Shown here: positions 17,449-26,896 of the stretch, piece by piece
How positions within the stretch are numbered: the stretch's first letter is position 1
Layout of the letters: the number at the start of each line of letters is the position of its first letter
NCBI GenBank assembly: GCA_051008735.1
Contig: JBPCXH010000146.1
Location: 1-51,684, forward strand
Length of the DNA: 51,684 bases
Direction of reading: 5' to 3'
Source: Gammaproteobacteria bacterium
GTDB lineage: Bacteria > Pseudomonadota > Gammaproteobacteria > Steroidobacterales > GCA-2729495
Translations under genes and position numbers: made by a program
The notes under the pieces: generated by a model
The model's database searches: none
Told to the model about the DNA's origin: nothing
The model's input: the letters and a program-made list of their open reading frames with translations, nothing else

Positions 17449-19368
17449 ATGAGCTTATTGCGCTTCAGCGACGTGTGCCTGGATTTCGGCGATCAGGTCA
17501 TCCTGCGGGAGGCCAATCTATCGCTGGAGCCGGGCGAACGCGTCTGCCTGGTCGGGCGCAACGGAGCCGGCAAGACGACCTTGCTGAAGCTCATTGCCGG
17601 CACGCTGACACCCGATCAGGGAGAGATCGAGGTGCGCAGCGATTTGCGTGTCAGCCAGCTGGAGCAAACCCTGCCCGGCCAGCTGGATCTGACCACCCGG
17701 GAATTTGTCGCCACGGCCCTGGCCCAGGTACAACAGCTCGTGGATGACTATGAAGCGCGCAGCACCGAGCATCCGGAGGGCCGCGCCCTGCGCGAGCTCG
17801 AGGAACTGCAGCAGCGTATCGATGCCCTGGACGGCTGGCGTCTGGATCAGCGAATTGACACCACCCTGAGCGAACTGGAACTGCCGCCGGACAAACGCCT
17901 GGCCGAGTTATCCGGTGGCTGGCGCCGGCGCGTCAGCCTGGCGCGTGCCCTGGTCACAGACCCTGACCTGTTGCTCCTTGATGAACCCACCAACCACCTG
18001 GACCTGGCCGCTATCAGCTGGCTGGAAGATCGCATCCGTGGCTGGTCTGGCAGCGTTCTGTTCGTCACCCATGACCGGGCTTTCCTGCAGCGACTGGCAA
18101 CTCGCATTGTTGAGCTGGACCGCGGAAAACTGAGCAGTTGGCCTGGCACTTATCACCAATACCTTGAGCGCCGGGCGCTGGCGCTGGCGGCCGAAGAGCG
18201 GGAAGAGCGTGAGTTCGACAAGAAGCTGGCAGGCGAAGAAGTCTGGATCAGGCAAGGCGTCAAGGCTCGCCGAACCCGCAATGAAGGCCGGGTGCGCGCT
18301 TTGCAGGCCATGCGCACCGAGCGTGCCGGAAGACTGGATAAGCCCCAGCAGGCAAGAATCAATATCGGTGAATCCGAGCGTTCCGGCCGCAAGGTAATTA
18401 CCGCCCGGAATGTCAGCTACGGCTACGGCGACACACCGCTGATTAAAGATTTCTCTCTCAAGATCATGCGCGGTGATCGGATTGGTCTGATTGGCAACAA
18501 CGGAGTCGGCAAGAGTACGCTGCTGAAGTTGCTGCTGGGGGAACTGACGCCGCAGACAGGCACCATCAAACTGGGCACCGGCCTGGAAATCGGCTATTTC
18601 GATCAGTTACGCGGCACCCTGGACCTCAATAAGAGTGTGGCGGAAAACGTCGGCGAGGGTCGCGACTATATTCAGATCAATGGCAAAGATCGCCATGTGA
18701 TTGGCTACTTGCGGGGTTTTCTCTTCGGCCCGAAGCGCGCGATGATGCCGGTAAAGGCCCTATCGGGCGGCGAGCGAAACCGGGTTATTCTCGCCAAACT
18801 GTTCACCCGCGCCAGCAATCTGCTCGTTCTTGATGAGCCGACCAATGATCTTGATGTGGAAACGCTGGAGGCCCTTGAGGCCCGTCTGGCTGAGTATCAG
18901 GGCACGCTGATCGTCGTTAGCCATGATCGGGAATTTCTCGACAATGTTGTCACCAGCATCATCGTCTTTGAGGCTGATGGACAGTTGCAGGAGTACGTTG
19001 GCGGCTACAGCGACTGGGCCCGTCGTGGCCGGGAACTGGCAGAAATGGACGACCCCACGGGTCGGGAGCGACGCCGCCAGGCAGCCTTGCGCCGGGCAGA
19101 AAAGCGTCAGACTAAACTCAGCTACAAACAGCAACGCGAACTGACAGAACTGCCTGACCGTATCAGTGACCTGGAAACCCGGATCACCGATTTGCAGACT
19201 GAGATCAGCTCCCCTGACTTTTACGCGCAACCACCGGAAACCACGCAACGCATCCTGGGAGAACTGAGCCAGGCGCAAGTGGCGCTGGAAAGCCACGTCG
19301 AGCAATGGGCAGATCTTGAACAGTTGCAGGAGCAGCTGACCAAAACAGGTCCAAACAGTCAGGGCTGA
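17449..19368 (+). CDS. uup: ABC-F family ATPase Uup
   Basis: 639 aa with two ABC cassettes (GRNGAGKTT, LSGGWRRR / GNNGVGKST, LSGGERNR) and a C-terminal coiled-coil tail. The N-terminus is close to E. coli Uup. Confidence 0.85.
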   Translation: MSLLRFSDVCLDFGDQVILREANLSLEPGERVCLVGRNGAGKTTLLKLIAGTLTPDQGEIEVRSDLRVSQLEQTLPGQLDLTTREFVATALAQVQQLVDDYEARSTEHPEGRALRELEELQQRIDALDGWRLDQRIDTTLSELELPPDKRLAELSGGWRRRVSLARALVTDPDLLLLDEPTNHLDLAAISWLEDRIRGWSGSVLFVTHDRAFLQRLATRIVELDRGKLSSWPGTYHQYLERRALALAAEEREEREFDKKLAGEEVWIRQGVKARRTRNEGRVRALQAMRTERAGRLDKPQQARINIGESERSGRKVITARNVSYGYGDTPLIKDFSLKIMRGDRIGLIGNNGVGKSTLLKLLLGELTPQTGTIKLGTGLEIGYFDQLRGTLDLNKSVAENVGEGRDYIQINGKDRHVIGYLRGFLFGPKRAMMPVKALSGGERNRVILAKLFTRASNLLVLDEPTNDLDVETLEALEARLAEYQGTLIVVSHDREFLDNVVTSIIVFEADGQLQEYVGGYSDWARRGRELAEMDDPTGRERRRQAALRRAEKRQTKLSYKQQRELTELPDRISDLETRITDLQTEISSPDFYAQPPETTQRILGELSQAQVALESHVEQWADLEQLQEQLTKTGPNSQG

Positions 19369-19376
19369 TAGCGGCT

Positions 19377-19406
19377 AAAAAGAAGGGCGGCCAGAGGCCG
19401 CCCTTC
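19377..19406 (-). terminator. Rho-independent terminator (minus orientation) after the Rieske oxygenase gene; may also stop uup
   Basis: An 11-bp perfect stem, gaagggcggcc (19382-19392) / ggccgcccttc (19396-19406), has a 3-nt loop. The A5 run on the plus strand gives a U tract on the minus strand. Confidence 0.8.
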
Positions 19407-19432
19407 GTGACTGCCAACCTGAGGGAAGAAGA

Positions 19433-20614
19433 TCAGGCTGCTTCATCCTGACTCTGCTTGCGTGCCTCACGGCTGCCCAGCAAAGGCACAGGTTCTACCA
19501 CCCAGTTACCCGCTTCGCGACGGGCCGGACACGGAATAGCGAAGGCTGTCGCCTTATCGTTGCGCCGTTGTAACTCTTCCAGATCTATCCGCCAGCCTTT
19601 CTCATCGAATTTTGCCAGCCAATCACGATAGGCCACGATGGCTTTGTCGGAAGGCGTCAGAACTTCCTTGGTATTACTCAGCGGGGTCATCTTTGGATAG
19701 AGATCCTGAAGAATATCGATGTCCTGCTTGGCAATCGCCTTGTTGCGAGCATGAATAGGCCCATCATTTTCGGGCTCTGGCATGAAATTCCGCATATTCA
19801 GAAAGAAGATCCGGGTATGGCTCTCGCTGACAGGTTGCTCGAAAAAGTACTGACGGAAGCCCACTCCAGGCTGAATGTTGATATTCGTGATAACGGTATT
19901 GGGCCCGTAAGTGCCACCGCCGGCATAAAGGTCGCCACTTTCTTCACGGACATTTTTCCAGGTCTTACCTTTCAGAGGCGGAGCATTGAACTTGTGCATG
20001 AACCACATGCCATAGCCCTGCTTATGATCCTCGACGTCATAGTCATTGACCTTGTAGGTATCACGATTAATACCCGAGAAACCGTGAGTGGGATGTACAA
20101 ATTCGTTGTGCGCCGGGTCCAGCGCATTCTCAACCGAGCGCTCGTAGTAGTAATCCACTTCCAGAACCAGAACCGTGTTGGCGCGCCAGCCTTCGCGACC
20201 ATACTCTTCTACTTCCATTAAGGGCGGGCGCTCCGACTCCGGCAGGTCACCCAAAAATGCAAAGACGATGCCGTATTTTTCCTGCACCGGATACGCATCC
20301 ACCTTGGCGCGGGCCGGAGTCTTGGCCCCATAGCCGATGGACGGGATATTCACGCATTCACCTTTACCGTTGTACTCCCAGCCGTGATACGGACAGACAA
20401 CGCAACCATTAACGATTCGGGGCATATTGTCGGGCCCGGACCAGGCACCGCCCAAGGAGCCGCCGCGGTGAACGCAAGTATCGCTGAGCACACTCGCCTT
20501 GCCTTCTTCATCGCGGAAAGCCACAAAATTCATACCCATGATCGTGACCTTTTCAGGCACGTCGGGACCTAGGTCTTCACTACGGACGATGGGGTACCAG
20601 AAGTTGATATACAT
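19433..20614 (-). CDS. Rieske [2Fe-2S] non-heme iron oxygenase, alpha-subunit type
   Basis: 393 aa with the Rieske motifs CVHRGGSL...CPYHGWEY and the mononuclear iron motif DPAHNEFVH (D-x2-H-x4-H). Confidence 0.9.
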   Translation of the reverse strand: MYINFWYPIVRSEDLGPDVPEKVTIMGMNFVAFRDEEGKASVLSDTCVHRGGSLGGAWSGPDNMPRIVNGCVVCPYHGWEYNGKGECVNIPSIGYGAKTPARAKVDAYPVQEKYGIVFAFLGDLPESERPPLMEVEEYGREGWRANTVLVLEVDYYYERSVENALDPAHNEFVHPTHGFSGINRDTYKVNDYDVEDHKQGYGMWFMHKFNAPPLKGKTWKNVREESGDLYAGGGTYGPNTVITNINIQPGVGFRQYFFEQPVSESHTRIFFLNMRNFMPEPENDGPIHARNKAIAKQDIDILQDLYPKMTPLSNTKEVLTPSDKAIVAYRDWLAKFDEKGWRIDLEELQRRNDKATAFAIPCPARREAGNWVVEPVPLLGSREARKQSQDEAA

Positions 20615-20772
20615 GGGATCCTCCTCCCTTTGTTCTGTGGTGCTTTTTAACGAAGCACCGGGTTTAGCAACAATACGGAGAACTACCTACCGGTCTATCG
20701 CCCCGCCGGTGAATCCTTTTTTTACAAAGGGTTGCAGACTTTCCATCGGTTGCAGGTTAGTCTTGGTGCTCT

Positions 20773-22101
20773 ATGAGCGAGCAAACATTAAATACTTCCA
20801 TCCGCCGCTCTCTGGGCCTGCGCCTGGGCGGTGCCGCATTGCTTCTGTGCGCCGTCTTCGCTGCCATCGCGTGGATTAACGGCCAGGCGAGAATGGCCGA
20901 TGCCGTGACGGAGCTGGCCCGCCTGGAGGCGAACCGTCTTAATCGGTCAGCTCTGCCCTTGCTTGACGATCCGCAGAGCGGGCCAGCGGCCTGGCAAGCT
21001 GCCCTGGAACAACTGGCACGGGAGGGAGCAGGCACCGAAGTCGCGGGCGGACGCTTTGTTCTGGCCCGGGTTTTTTCTACCGACGGTAGCGCTCTGGCCG
21101 CACTTGAGAATAAAGATTTTCCGGGAATCGATGAGGTTCGCGAGGTGGTTGACGCCGGTCGCTTTCAACCGCCCACAGACGTTGACTACCGGGTCGTAAG
21201 TCGAGCTTTTGGAGATCAGCCCTACGTCGGGGTAGCTATCGCTTTGCGTGACTCCGAGAACAGCATCCGGGCATGGCTGGGAGGCGCATTTGCAGTGTCT
21301 CCGGCGGCGATGAAAAAGCTTCGCGCGGACGTATTGCGCAGCCTGCTGTACGTAATTGGGGGCGTGCTGCTAACTGCGCTGGCTATCTATCCGGTCGTCA
21401 GCAGCCTGGTCAGTCGGGTTGCCAGGGCCGGTACGGAGTTACTGACGGCAAACCTGGAGACCCTGCAGGTCCTGGGCAGTGCCATTGCCAAGCGGGACGG
21501 CGATACCGATGCCCACAACTACCGTGTGGCCGTCTATTCCGTGCGACTGGCCGAAGCCGCCGGTCTGCCGGAGCAAGACATGCCCGCACTGATTAAAGGC
21601 GCCCTGCTGCACGACGTTGGAAAACTCGGTATTCGTGATGATGTCCTGCTAAAGCCCGACAAGCTAAGCGAAGAAGAGTTTGCTGTCATGAAGACCCATG
21701 TCGAGCATGGACTTGACATCACAGGTCGTGCGCGCTGGCTGCATGACGCCATGACGGTGGTCGGCGGCCATCATGAAAAATTCGACGGCCAGGGTTACCC
21801 GGCTGGCCTGGAAGGATCCAGCATCCCGATCACTGCGCGAATATTTGCCATCGCGGATGTCTTCGATGCCTTGGGCTCGGAGCGACCTTACAAGGAGCCG
21901 CGATCACTTAAGGACACGTTAAGCACCATGAGTCGCGGTCGGGGCAGCCATTTCGACCCTGAACTGTTTGATTGCTTCACCGGCATAGCGGCCCAGCTAA
22001 AAGAACAATTCGGTAGCGGCGATGGTGAGAGCGCGCGCCGGGAGCTACAAAGACTGCTGGGTGTCTACTTCCGGCACGATCTGGATACCCTGACCAGCTG
22101 A
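20773..22101 (+). CDS. HD-GYP domain phosphodiesterase with two-TM periplasmic sensor region
   Basis: 442 aa. Two TM helices flank a ~170-aa loop. The HD motif is LLHDVGK, and HHEKFDGQGYP matches HHExxDGxGYP. Confidence 0.85.
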   Translation: MSEQTLNTSIRRSLGLRLGGAALLLCAVFAAIAWINGQARMADAVTELARLEANRLNRSALPLLDDPQSGPAAWQAALEQLAREGAGTEVAGGRFVLARVFSTDGSALAALENKDFPGIDEVREVVDAGRFQPPTDVDYRVVSRAFGDQPYVGVAIALRDSENSIRAWLGGAFAVSPAAMKKLRADVLRSLLYVIGGVLLTALAIYPVVSSLVSRVARAGTELLTANLETLQVLGSAIAKRDGDTDAHNYRVAVYSVRLAEAAGLPEQDMPALIKGALLHDVGKLGIRDDVLLKPDKLSEEEFAVMKTHVEHGLDITGRARWLHDAMTVVGGHHEKFDGQGYPAGLEGSSIPITARIFAIADVFDALGSERPYKEPRSLKDTLSTMSRGRGSHFDPELFDCFTGIAAQLKEQFGSGDGESARRELQRLLGVYFRHDLDTLTS

Positions 22102-22319
22102 AACTGAATCAGCCTGCCTTAAAAACGTTCGTATGCTTGCGGACGAAGCGTTCACGGCCCGCCAACTTCCTGACTGTATCTGTCGTTTAACCCAAACCCT
22201 GTTTATGCAATTTCTCTGCAGCGAATGTCTGGCCAGAGAAAGCAACTTGCCGCGCAGACTGCAGCAGCAGAAAACAAGGAAGTCCCACCCCGGCCAGCCC
22301 GGGATGGGAGCAGCAAACC

Positions 22320-23171
22320 TTACTCGGGCAAACTCTGCAGCGAATACATGGCTTGCAGAATCGGCGTGGGTTTGAGCCCAAAGCGCCCGAACCACTTGCT
22401 GTAGAGCGGCTTGAATTGTCCTGTGCGGTAAAGCCGGGCCAATGTCCGGTCTACCACCAGTCGAAACTCGCCATCATCCTTGGTCAGCGCCAGGCCATAA
22501 GGCTCGTAAGAGTAGAGATCCTGAGAGAGGGTGTAGTCATCCGGTGTGCCGCTGGCAATCAGCTGACCGATAAGTACGATCTGATCATCGGCGACGGCGT
22601 CTACCTTTCCTTCATCAAGCATTTTCCGGGCAGCTTCAATATTCTCCGCCGCCACCGTCGTTGCTTCGATGAAGTTTTCCTTAAGATAGTCGGCCAGTCC
22701 GGTCTCTGTGGTCGTACCGGAGATTACGGCAACTTTCTTACCGGACAAGTCGCTGGTCATCTGGATTGGCGACGAGCTGCGGGACATCAGGCTGCCACCC
22801 GTGACAAAGGTCATCAAAGAAAAATCGACTTTCGCCATACGACTCAGTGTGATGGTCGTGGCAGAACAAATGATGTCTACTTTCTTCTTTTCGACCGCAT
22901 TAAACCGCTCTTCCAGAGTGACCGGCACATAGGTCAATTTAATATCTTTCAGCTTAAGCTCCGTACGTACGGCCTCGGCAATGCGCTGACACAATTCAAC
23001 GGAATAACCCGTGGCTTGCCCGGAGGAATCCTGAAAGGAAAAGGGTTCCGTGGCTGCACGATAGCCGATCTTGATTTCACCACTATCAGCAATGCGTTTG
23101 AGGGTGCCGGAGGCAGCCTGAACATTGCCAATCAGGGCGGCCAGGGACAGAAGCAAAATAATTTTACGCAT
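22320..23171 (-). CDS. Periplasmic amino-acid-type (family 3) solute-binding protein, orphan
   Basis: 283 aa with the signal peptide MRKIILLLSLAALIGNVQA and a typical SBP_bac_3 pattern (IKIGYRA...PFSF...GYSVELC). No permease or ATPase gene is adjacent. Confidence 0.8.
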   Translation of the reverse strand: MRKIILLLSLAALIGNVQAASGTLKRIADSGEIKIGYRAATEPFSFQDSSGQATGYSVELCQRIAEAVRTELKLKDIKLTYVPVTLEERFNAVEKKKVDIICSATTITLSRMAKVDFSLMTFVTGGSLMSRSSSPIQMTSDLSGKKVAVISGTTTETGLADYLKENFIEATTVAAENIEAARKMLDEGKVDAVADDQIVLIGQLIASGTPDDYTLSQDLYSYEPYGLALTKDDGEFRLVVDRTLARLYRTGQFKPLYSKWFGRFGLKPTPILQAMYSLQSLPE

Positions 23172-23215
23172 ATTTTTCGATCTCTCTTTGTTCCATTGAG
23201 CCCGAAGGCCCGGTT

Positions 23216-23698
23216 TTAGTCTTCGATGCGAATCTCGCGAATCTGGTCACCTTGTTCGACAGCGTCGACAATGTCCTGTCCGACAAGGACCTTGCCAAAA
23301 ACGGTGTGCTTGCCATCCAGGTGCGGCGTGGGTCCGTGTGTAATAAAAAACTGACTTCCGTTTGTGCCGGGACCGGCATTGGCCATTGATATAACGCCCT
23401 GTTCATGCCGCAGAGGATTATTATCGAACTCATCTTCAAAACGATAACCGGGGCCGCCTCGGCCACTGCCGGTGGGATCACCGCCCTGGATCATGAAATT
23501 GTCGATAACCCGGTGAAAGCTTGTGCCGTCGTAGAATTTCTCGCGCGCCAGAAAAACAAAATTATTGACGGTAACAGGCGCATGCTCAGGATAGAGTTCG
23601 AGCTGAATCTCACCGCGATCTGTATCCAGCGTGACCTTGTAAGTACGGCTGCTATCGACACTCATTTCCGGGGGATTATCCCACTGCTGCTCACTCAT
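23216..23698 (-). CDS. Peptidyl-prolyl cis-trans isomerase, cyclophilin type
   Basis: The internal ATG at 23698 is preceded by AAGGAG at 6 nt ([12 protein letters not shown]...). Cyclophilin motifs are [15 protein letters not shown] and [17 protein letters not shown]. The 42-codon upstream extension in the ORF track has no cyclophilin counterpart. Confidence 0.85.
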   Translation of the reverse strand: MSEQQWDNPPEMSVDSSRTYKVTLDTDRGEIQLELYPEHAPVTVNNFVFLAREKFYDGTSFHRVIDNFMIQGGDPTGSGRGGPGYRFEDEFDNNPLRHEQGVISMANAGPGTNGSQFFITHGPTPHLDGKHTVFGKVLVGQDIVDAVEQGDQIREIRIED

Positions 23699-23967
23699 CC
23701 GTCGCTCCTTATTAGTTTTGGCACCCCTGTTTGGGGGCGACACTATGCCATGTTTTTCAGGGGAAGGCGGGGAATCTATGATCCGAGATAGCCTGCGACT
23801 GCTCGCTGATGCAGGCGCCGCCATCTAAGCATATACCGGATATTCCTGATTACTGTTGTTTTTTATCGGCCCCATTGCCCTGGTACCAGGAGGCTTAAAC
23901 TATTCCGCCCGACCCCAGGCCACCCGGGGTCCTGTTCTTGCGTCGAGCACAGGCCTTCAACGCAAGA

Positions 23968-26241
23968 TTACAGACACATACCGCCGTCAACATGCATCGT
24001 GGTGCCACTGATAAAGGTACTGCGTTCTGAGATCAAATAGGCTGCCGCCTCACCCGCATCATGCTCGGGATCACCAAAGCGGCCCACGTGATGTTTGGCA
24101 GCATTTTTCTCCTGCATGGCGGGCATGGCTTCCATAAACTGCATTGCCTTTTCAGTTTCAAAGACTCCGAATAACAGTGTATTGATACGAATCCCCTGGC
24201 GGGAGTACTCCAGAGCTGCCGCCTGGGTCAGACCCTCGACCGCCAGCTTCGACGCAATATAGGGAGCCATGCGCATACCTGTATCGCGAGTCGCTCCCGA
24301 GCTGATATTGATAATCGAATAATTATCGCCCGTCGTCGCGCCCTGCTCCAGGAACTGTTTGATGGCAAACCGCATGCCCAGATAAGTGCCGGTAACATTA
24401 GTTGTCATGACCTGTTCAAAGCTCTCCAGCGATTCGTCCGCCAGCAACTGGAAGTCTCCCGGAAAAACTGCATTATTGATTATCGCGTCGAGCCGCCCGA
24501 ATTTATCCACGGCAAACTTCACGACAGCCTCGTTATCAGCCTCGCTGCAAATATCCATCTTGAAATAGGCAACATTACTCGCATCACAGCCTGCCGCTTT
24601 TACCAATCGGCCAAGTGCCTCCTCACCCGTATCTGCATTGCGACTCGTGATAACCACTTTCGCGCCGTATTTAGCCAGCCTTGTCGCCATGCCAAAACCG
24701 ATACCCATGGTGCCACCGGTGACAATTACTACTTTCTGATCGAGTTCTTTGTTGTTTTCCATGCCCAGTCCTTTTGATTCTTTACGTTTGGCCATTTTTG
24801 GCTTGGGTTGTGAGCCATCGCTCGCGGGCGCACTCCCCCCGTTCTGTTTAGCCTGCAGCTCCTCAAGCAGAGCAACAGTCACAAAATTACTGCCGTTCTC
24901 TTTTGCTGCTTTTTCAGCATTCTTGATAATCATGGGCTGCACAAAGCCAGGCGCCTTCTCAACAATCGCCAGGGCCTTGTCTTCCCACTCCATTGTCGCC
25001 TTGGATTTTGCATCGCGGGGCACAACCGGTTCCGATTTTCCGTAATCTTTCGATCGCGTCGGCTCGATACTATCGATATCCACAAAGTGCAAATCTTTCA
25101 CCGAGACAACATTTGATTCGCCTATCGGAATCCGCGCCATGGCGGGATAAACCCAGCCGTCCGGACTGGCTTTGCGATTCGGAGAGGGAATGATGCGCAC
25201 CTCGTGCTCCGGATCTTTCAGCTTCGATCGATCAAGCTGCCAGCCCTTGTTCCGCATGATTTCCATCAGCCCCCAGTAGGTCAGCATGATCTGGTCCTCA
25301 TCCTGCGTATAGACGCCATTTGGATTAGGGCCTTCGGGAGCGAACACTGGCCGTTGCGATTCGGCTAAGTCTTTATCCTGGTGAACATTCTGTAAATTTC
25401 GACGAGTATGCTCGGCATCGAACTCATCTTCCATTCGATAGTTGCGGAAAAACAAGTGCCGCATCACCGTTCGATGCTCATCAATCGGTGTCGTGAACTC
25501 GTAAAAGAGATTGAACGTCCCGGATCCGACTCCGCCTATCTCAACCTGACCGCTCAGGGTCAAACCGGGCACGAAGAACTTCATAACCGATTCAACTTCA
25601 GTCCCTTTTTCACGCAACTCTGACCAGACACCCTCACTGGGCTTTGGTTTCGGCCGCATCACTGACCGAAAACCATGCTCCGTTGAGGTAATGGTGCGCG
25701 GCGGCGGTTGAATCGGATTCTCTGTCCCCTGGAACATGATGCCGTGAACAACCGGCAAATGAACGGGATCCAGATTCGTGAATTTGCAGGTGTGGTAGTC
25801 GGCTTCCCAGATCTCCTCATTGGTAGTGCTTTTCCATTGCTCGTCACCCCATTCAGGGATATCGAAGATGGGGGAAGCCGCATCCGGATCATCACCGAGG
25901 CAGACCCAGATGCAACCGTATTTTTCTTCCGTGGCATAAGCATCGGTTCGCATACGAGGCGCAACCACCTGCGCCTCATGATCCCGACGTGACGGGACCA
26001 GCGTGCAGTCACCTTTGCCGTTGAAGCGATAACCATGGAAAGGGCAGGCCAGCGTGCCATCCTTATAAAGACAGCCTTCCGCCAGGCTCGAACCCCGGTG
26101 TGGACAAACATTACTGATACAACACGGTGTCCCGTCTGCTTCACGAAACAGCACAAGATCGGCACCCAGCATCCTGACCTTGATTGGTTCGTTGGTCAGG
26201 TCCTTACTGAAACCTGCGACGTACCAGACGTTCGTATACAA
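23968..26241 (-). CDS. Tri-domain fusion: Rieske non-heme oxygenase + PCP_red-like domain + SDR
   Basis: The TTG start at 26241 has AGGAG 7 nt upstream. Residues 1-345 carry CPHRGSSL...CPFHGYRF and DPVHLPVVH. Residues 416-466, MEWEDKALAIVEKAPGFVQPMIIKNAEKAAKENGSNFVTVALLEEL, resemble the PCP_red domain (BchB/ChlB C-terminus). Residues 502-757 carry the SDR motifs TGGTMGIG, NNAV and YIASK. The reading frame is continuous. Confidence 0.85.
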   Translation of the reverse strand: MYTNVWYVAGFSKDLTNEPIKVRMLGADLVLFREADGTPCCISNVCPHRGSSLAEGCLYKDGTLACPFHGYRFNGKGDCTLVPSRRDHEAQVVAPRMRTDAYATEEKYGCIWVCLGDDPDAASPIFDIPEWGDEQWKSTTNEEIWEADYHTCKFTNLDPVHLPVVHGIMFQGTENPIQPPPRTITSTEHGFRSVMRPKPKPSEGVWSELREKGTEVESVMKFFVPGLTLSGQVEIGGVGSGTFNLFYEFTTPIDEHRTVMRHLFFRNYRMEDEFDAEHTRRNLQNVHQDKDLAESQRPVFAPEGPNPNGVYTQDEDQIMLTYWGLMEIMRNKGWQLDRSKLKDPEHEVRIIPSPNRKASPDGWVYPAMARIPIGESNVVSVKDLHFVDIDSIEPTRSKDYGKSEPVVPRDAKSKATMEWEDKALAIVEKAPGFVQPMIIKNAEKAAKENGSNFVTVALLEELQAKQNGGSAPASDGSQPKPKMAKRKESKGLGMENNKELDQKVVIVTGGTMGIGFGMATRLAKYGAKVVITSRNADTGEEALGRLVKAAGCDASNVAYFKMDICSEADNEAVVKFAVDKFGRLDAIINNAVFPGDFQLLADESLESFEQVMTTNVTGTYLGMRFAIKQFLEQGATTGDNYSIINISSGATRDTGMRMAPYIASKLAVEGLTQAAALEYSRQGIRINTLLFGVFETEKAMQFMEAMPAMQEKNAAKHHVGRFGDPEHDAGEAAAYLISERSTFISGTTMHVDGGMCL

Positions 26242-26575
26242 CTTCAGCTCCTGTTTATGAAGAAAGCTCAGCGGACCCCGGGTTGAGTAATCTCAGGTAT
26301 TTCTTTGCGGCCCTGCATACCCAGACGGGTCGCTTTTTTAAACCTGATACTCCAAGGAGGCTGGTTTGGATAATAAAGCACAGCGGGCATTGCGGGTCCA
26401 ATCGCATAGCATCGGTGTTGCTCGAGCAGCCACCGGGGTGCCGATAGTTGCCCTGAAATGCGTGTCCGGAACGGTATGAACGCTGTGCGGTTCGCGACAA
26501 CCGGATCTGTTGTTTCGCGAGCGATCCGACGCTTGTCATTAACAGCGGGAAGAGGCCGGAGAACCCCGGCCTGCG

Positions 26576-26896
26576 TTACTTGGCTTTGGCGGTATTCGCT
26601 TTAGCAGCATTCGCCTTAGCGGCATTGGATTTGCTGCTGCTCAGGTGCACCCGACCGCGCTTGCCGGAACGACGCTCGTTCAGGTCCGCGACGATCACCT
26701 TGGCTGCTTTTGTAACAGCAGTTCGTGAACCCTTCTTGTAGCCCGTTATGGTGTTGTCACCCTGCACTATGGTGTAACGGCACCACTGCCCGGTATCACC
26801 TTCCGACGGTGCTTTTGTCTTTTCGACTTCCTGCAGCTGGTAAGGCTGGCCCAGGTTAGGGGCTTCAGCGGCGGCTGTGGCAGTGCGACGGGGCAT
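26576..26896 (-). CDS. Small basic protein with C-terminal (N/T)AAKA pentapeptide repeats
   Basis: 106-aa ORF with AAGGAGAG upstream of the ATG. The C-terminus is SSSKSNAAKANAAKANTAKAK, encoded by 15-nt tandem units. I recognise no family. Confidence 0.6.
   Translation of the reverse strand: MPRRTATAAAEAPNLGQPYQLQEVEKTKAPSEGDTGQWCRYTIVQGDNTITGYKKGSRTAVTKAAKVIVADLNERRSGKRGRVHLSSSKSNAAKANAAKANTAKAK

Noticed and set aside
23699-23824. 42-codon extension of the cyclophilin ORF, and a TGGCAC-N5-TTTGG string at 23721-23737 resembling a sigma-54 promoter.
   Set aside because: AAGGAG at the ideal distance supports the ATG at 23698. The sigma-54-like string lacks the -12 GC and points toward no plus-strand gene.
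26255-26539. 94-aa minus-strand ORF in the gap upstream of the Rieske fusion gene.
   Set aside because: It has no SD, no recognisable motif and an odd composition. I treat the region as non-coding or regulatory (see finding).
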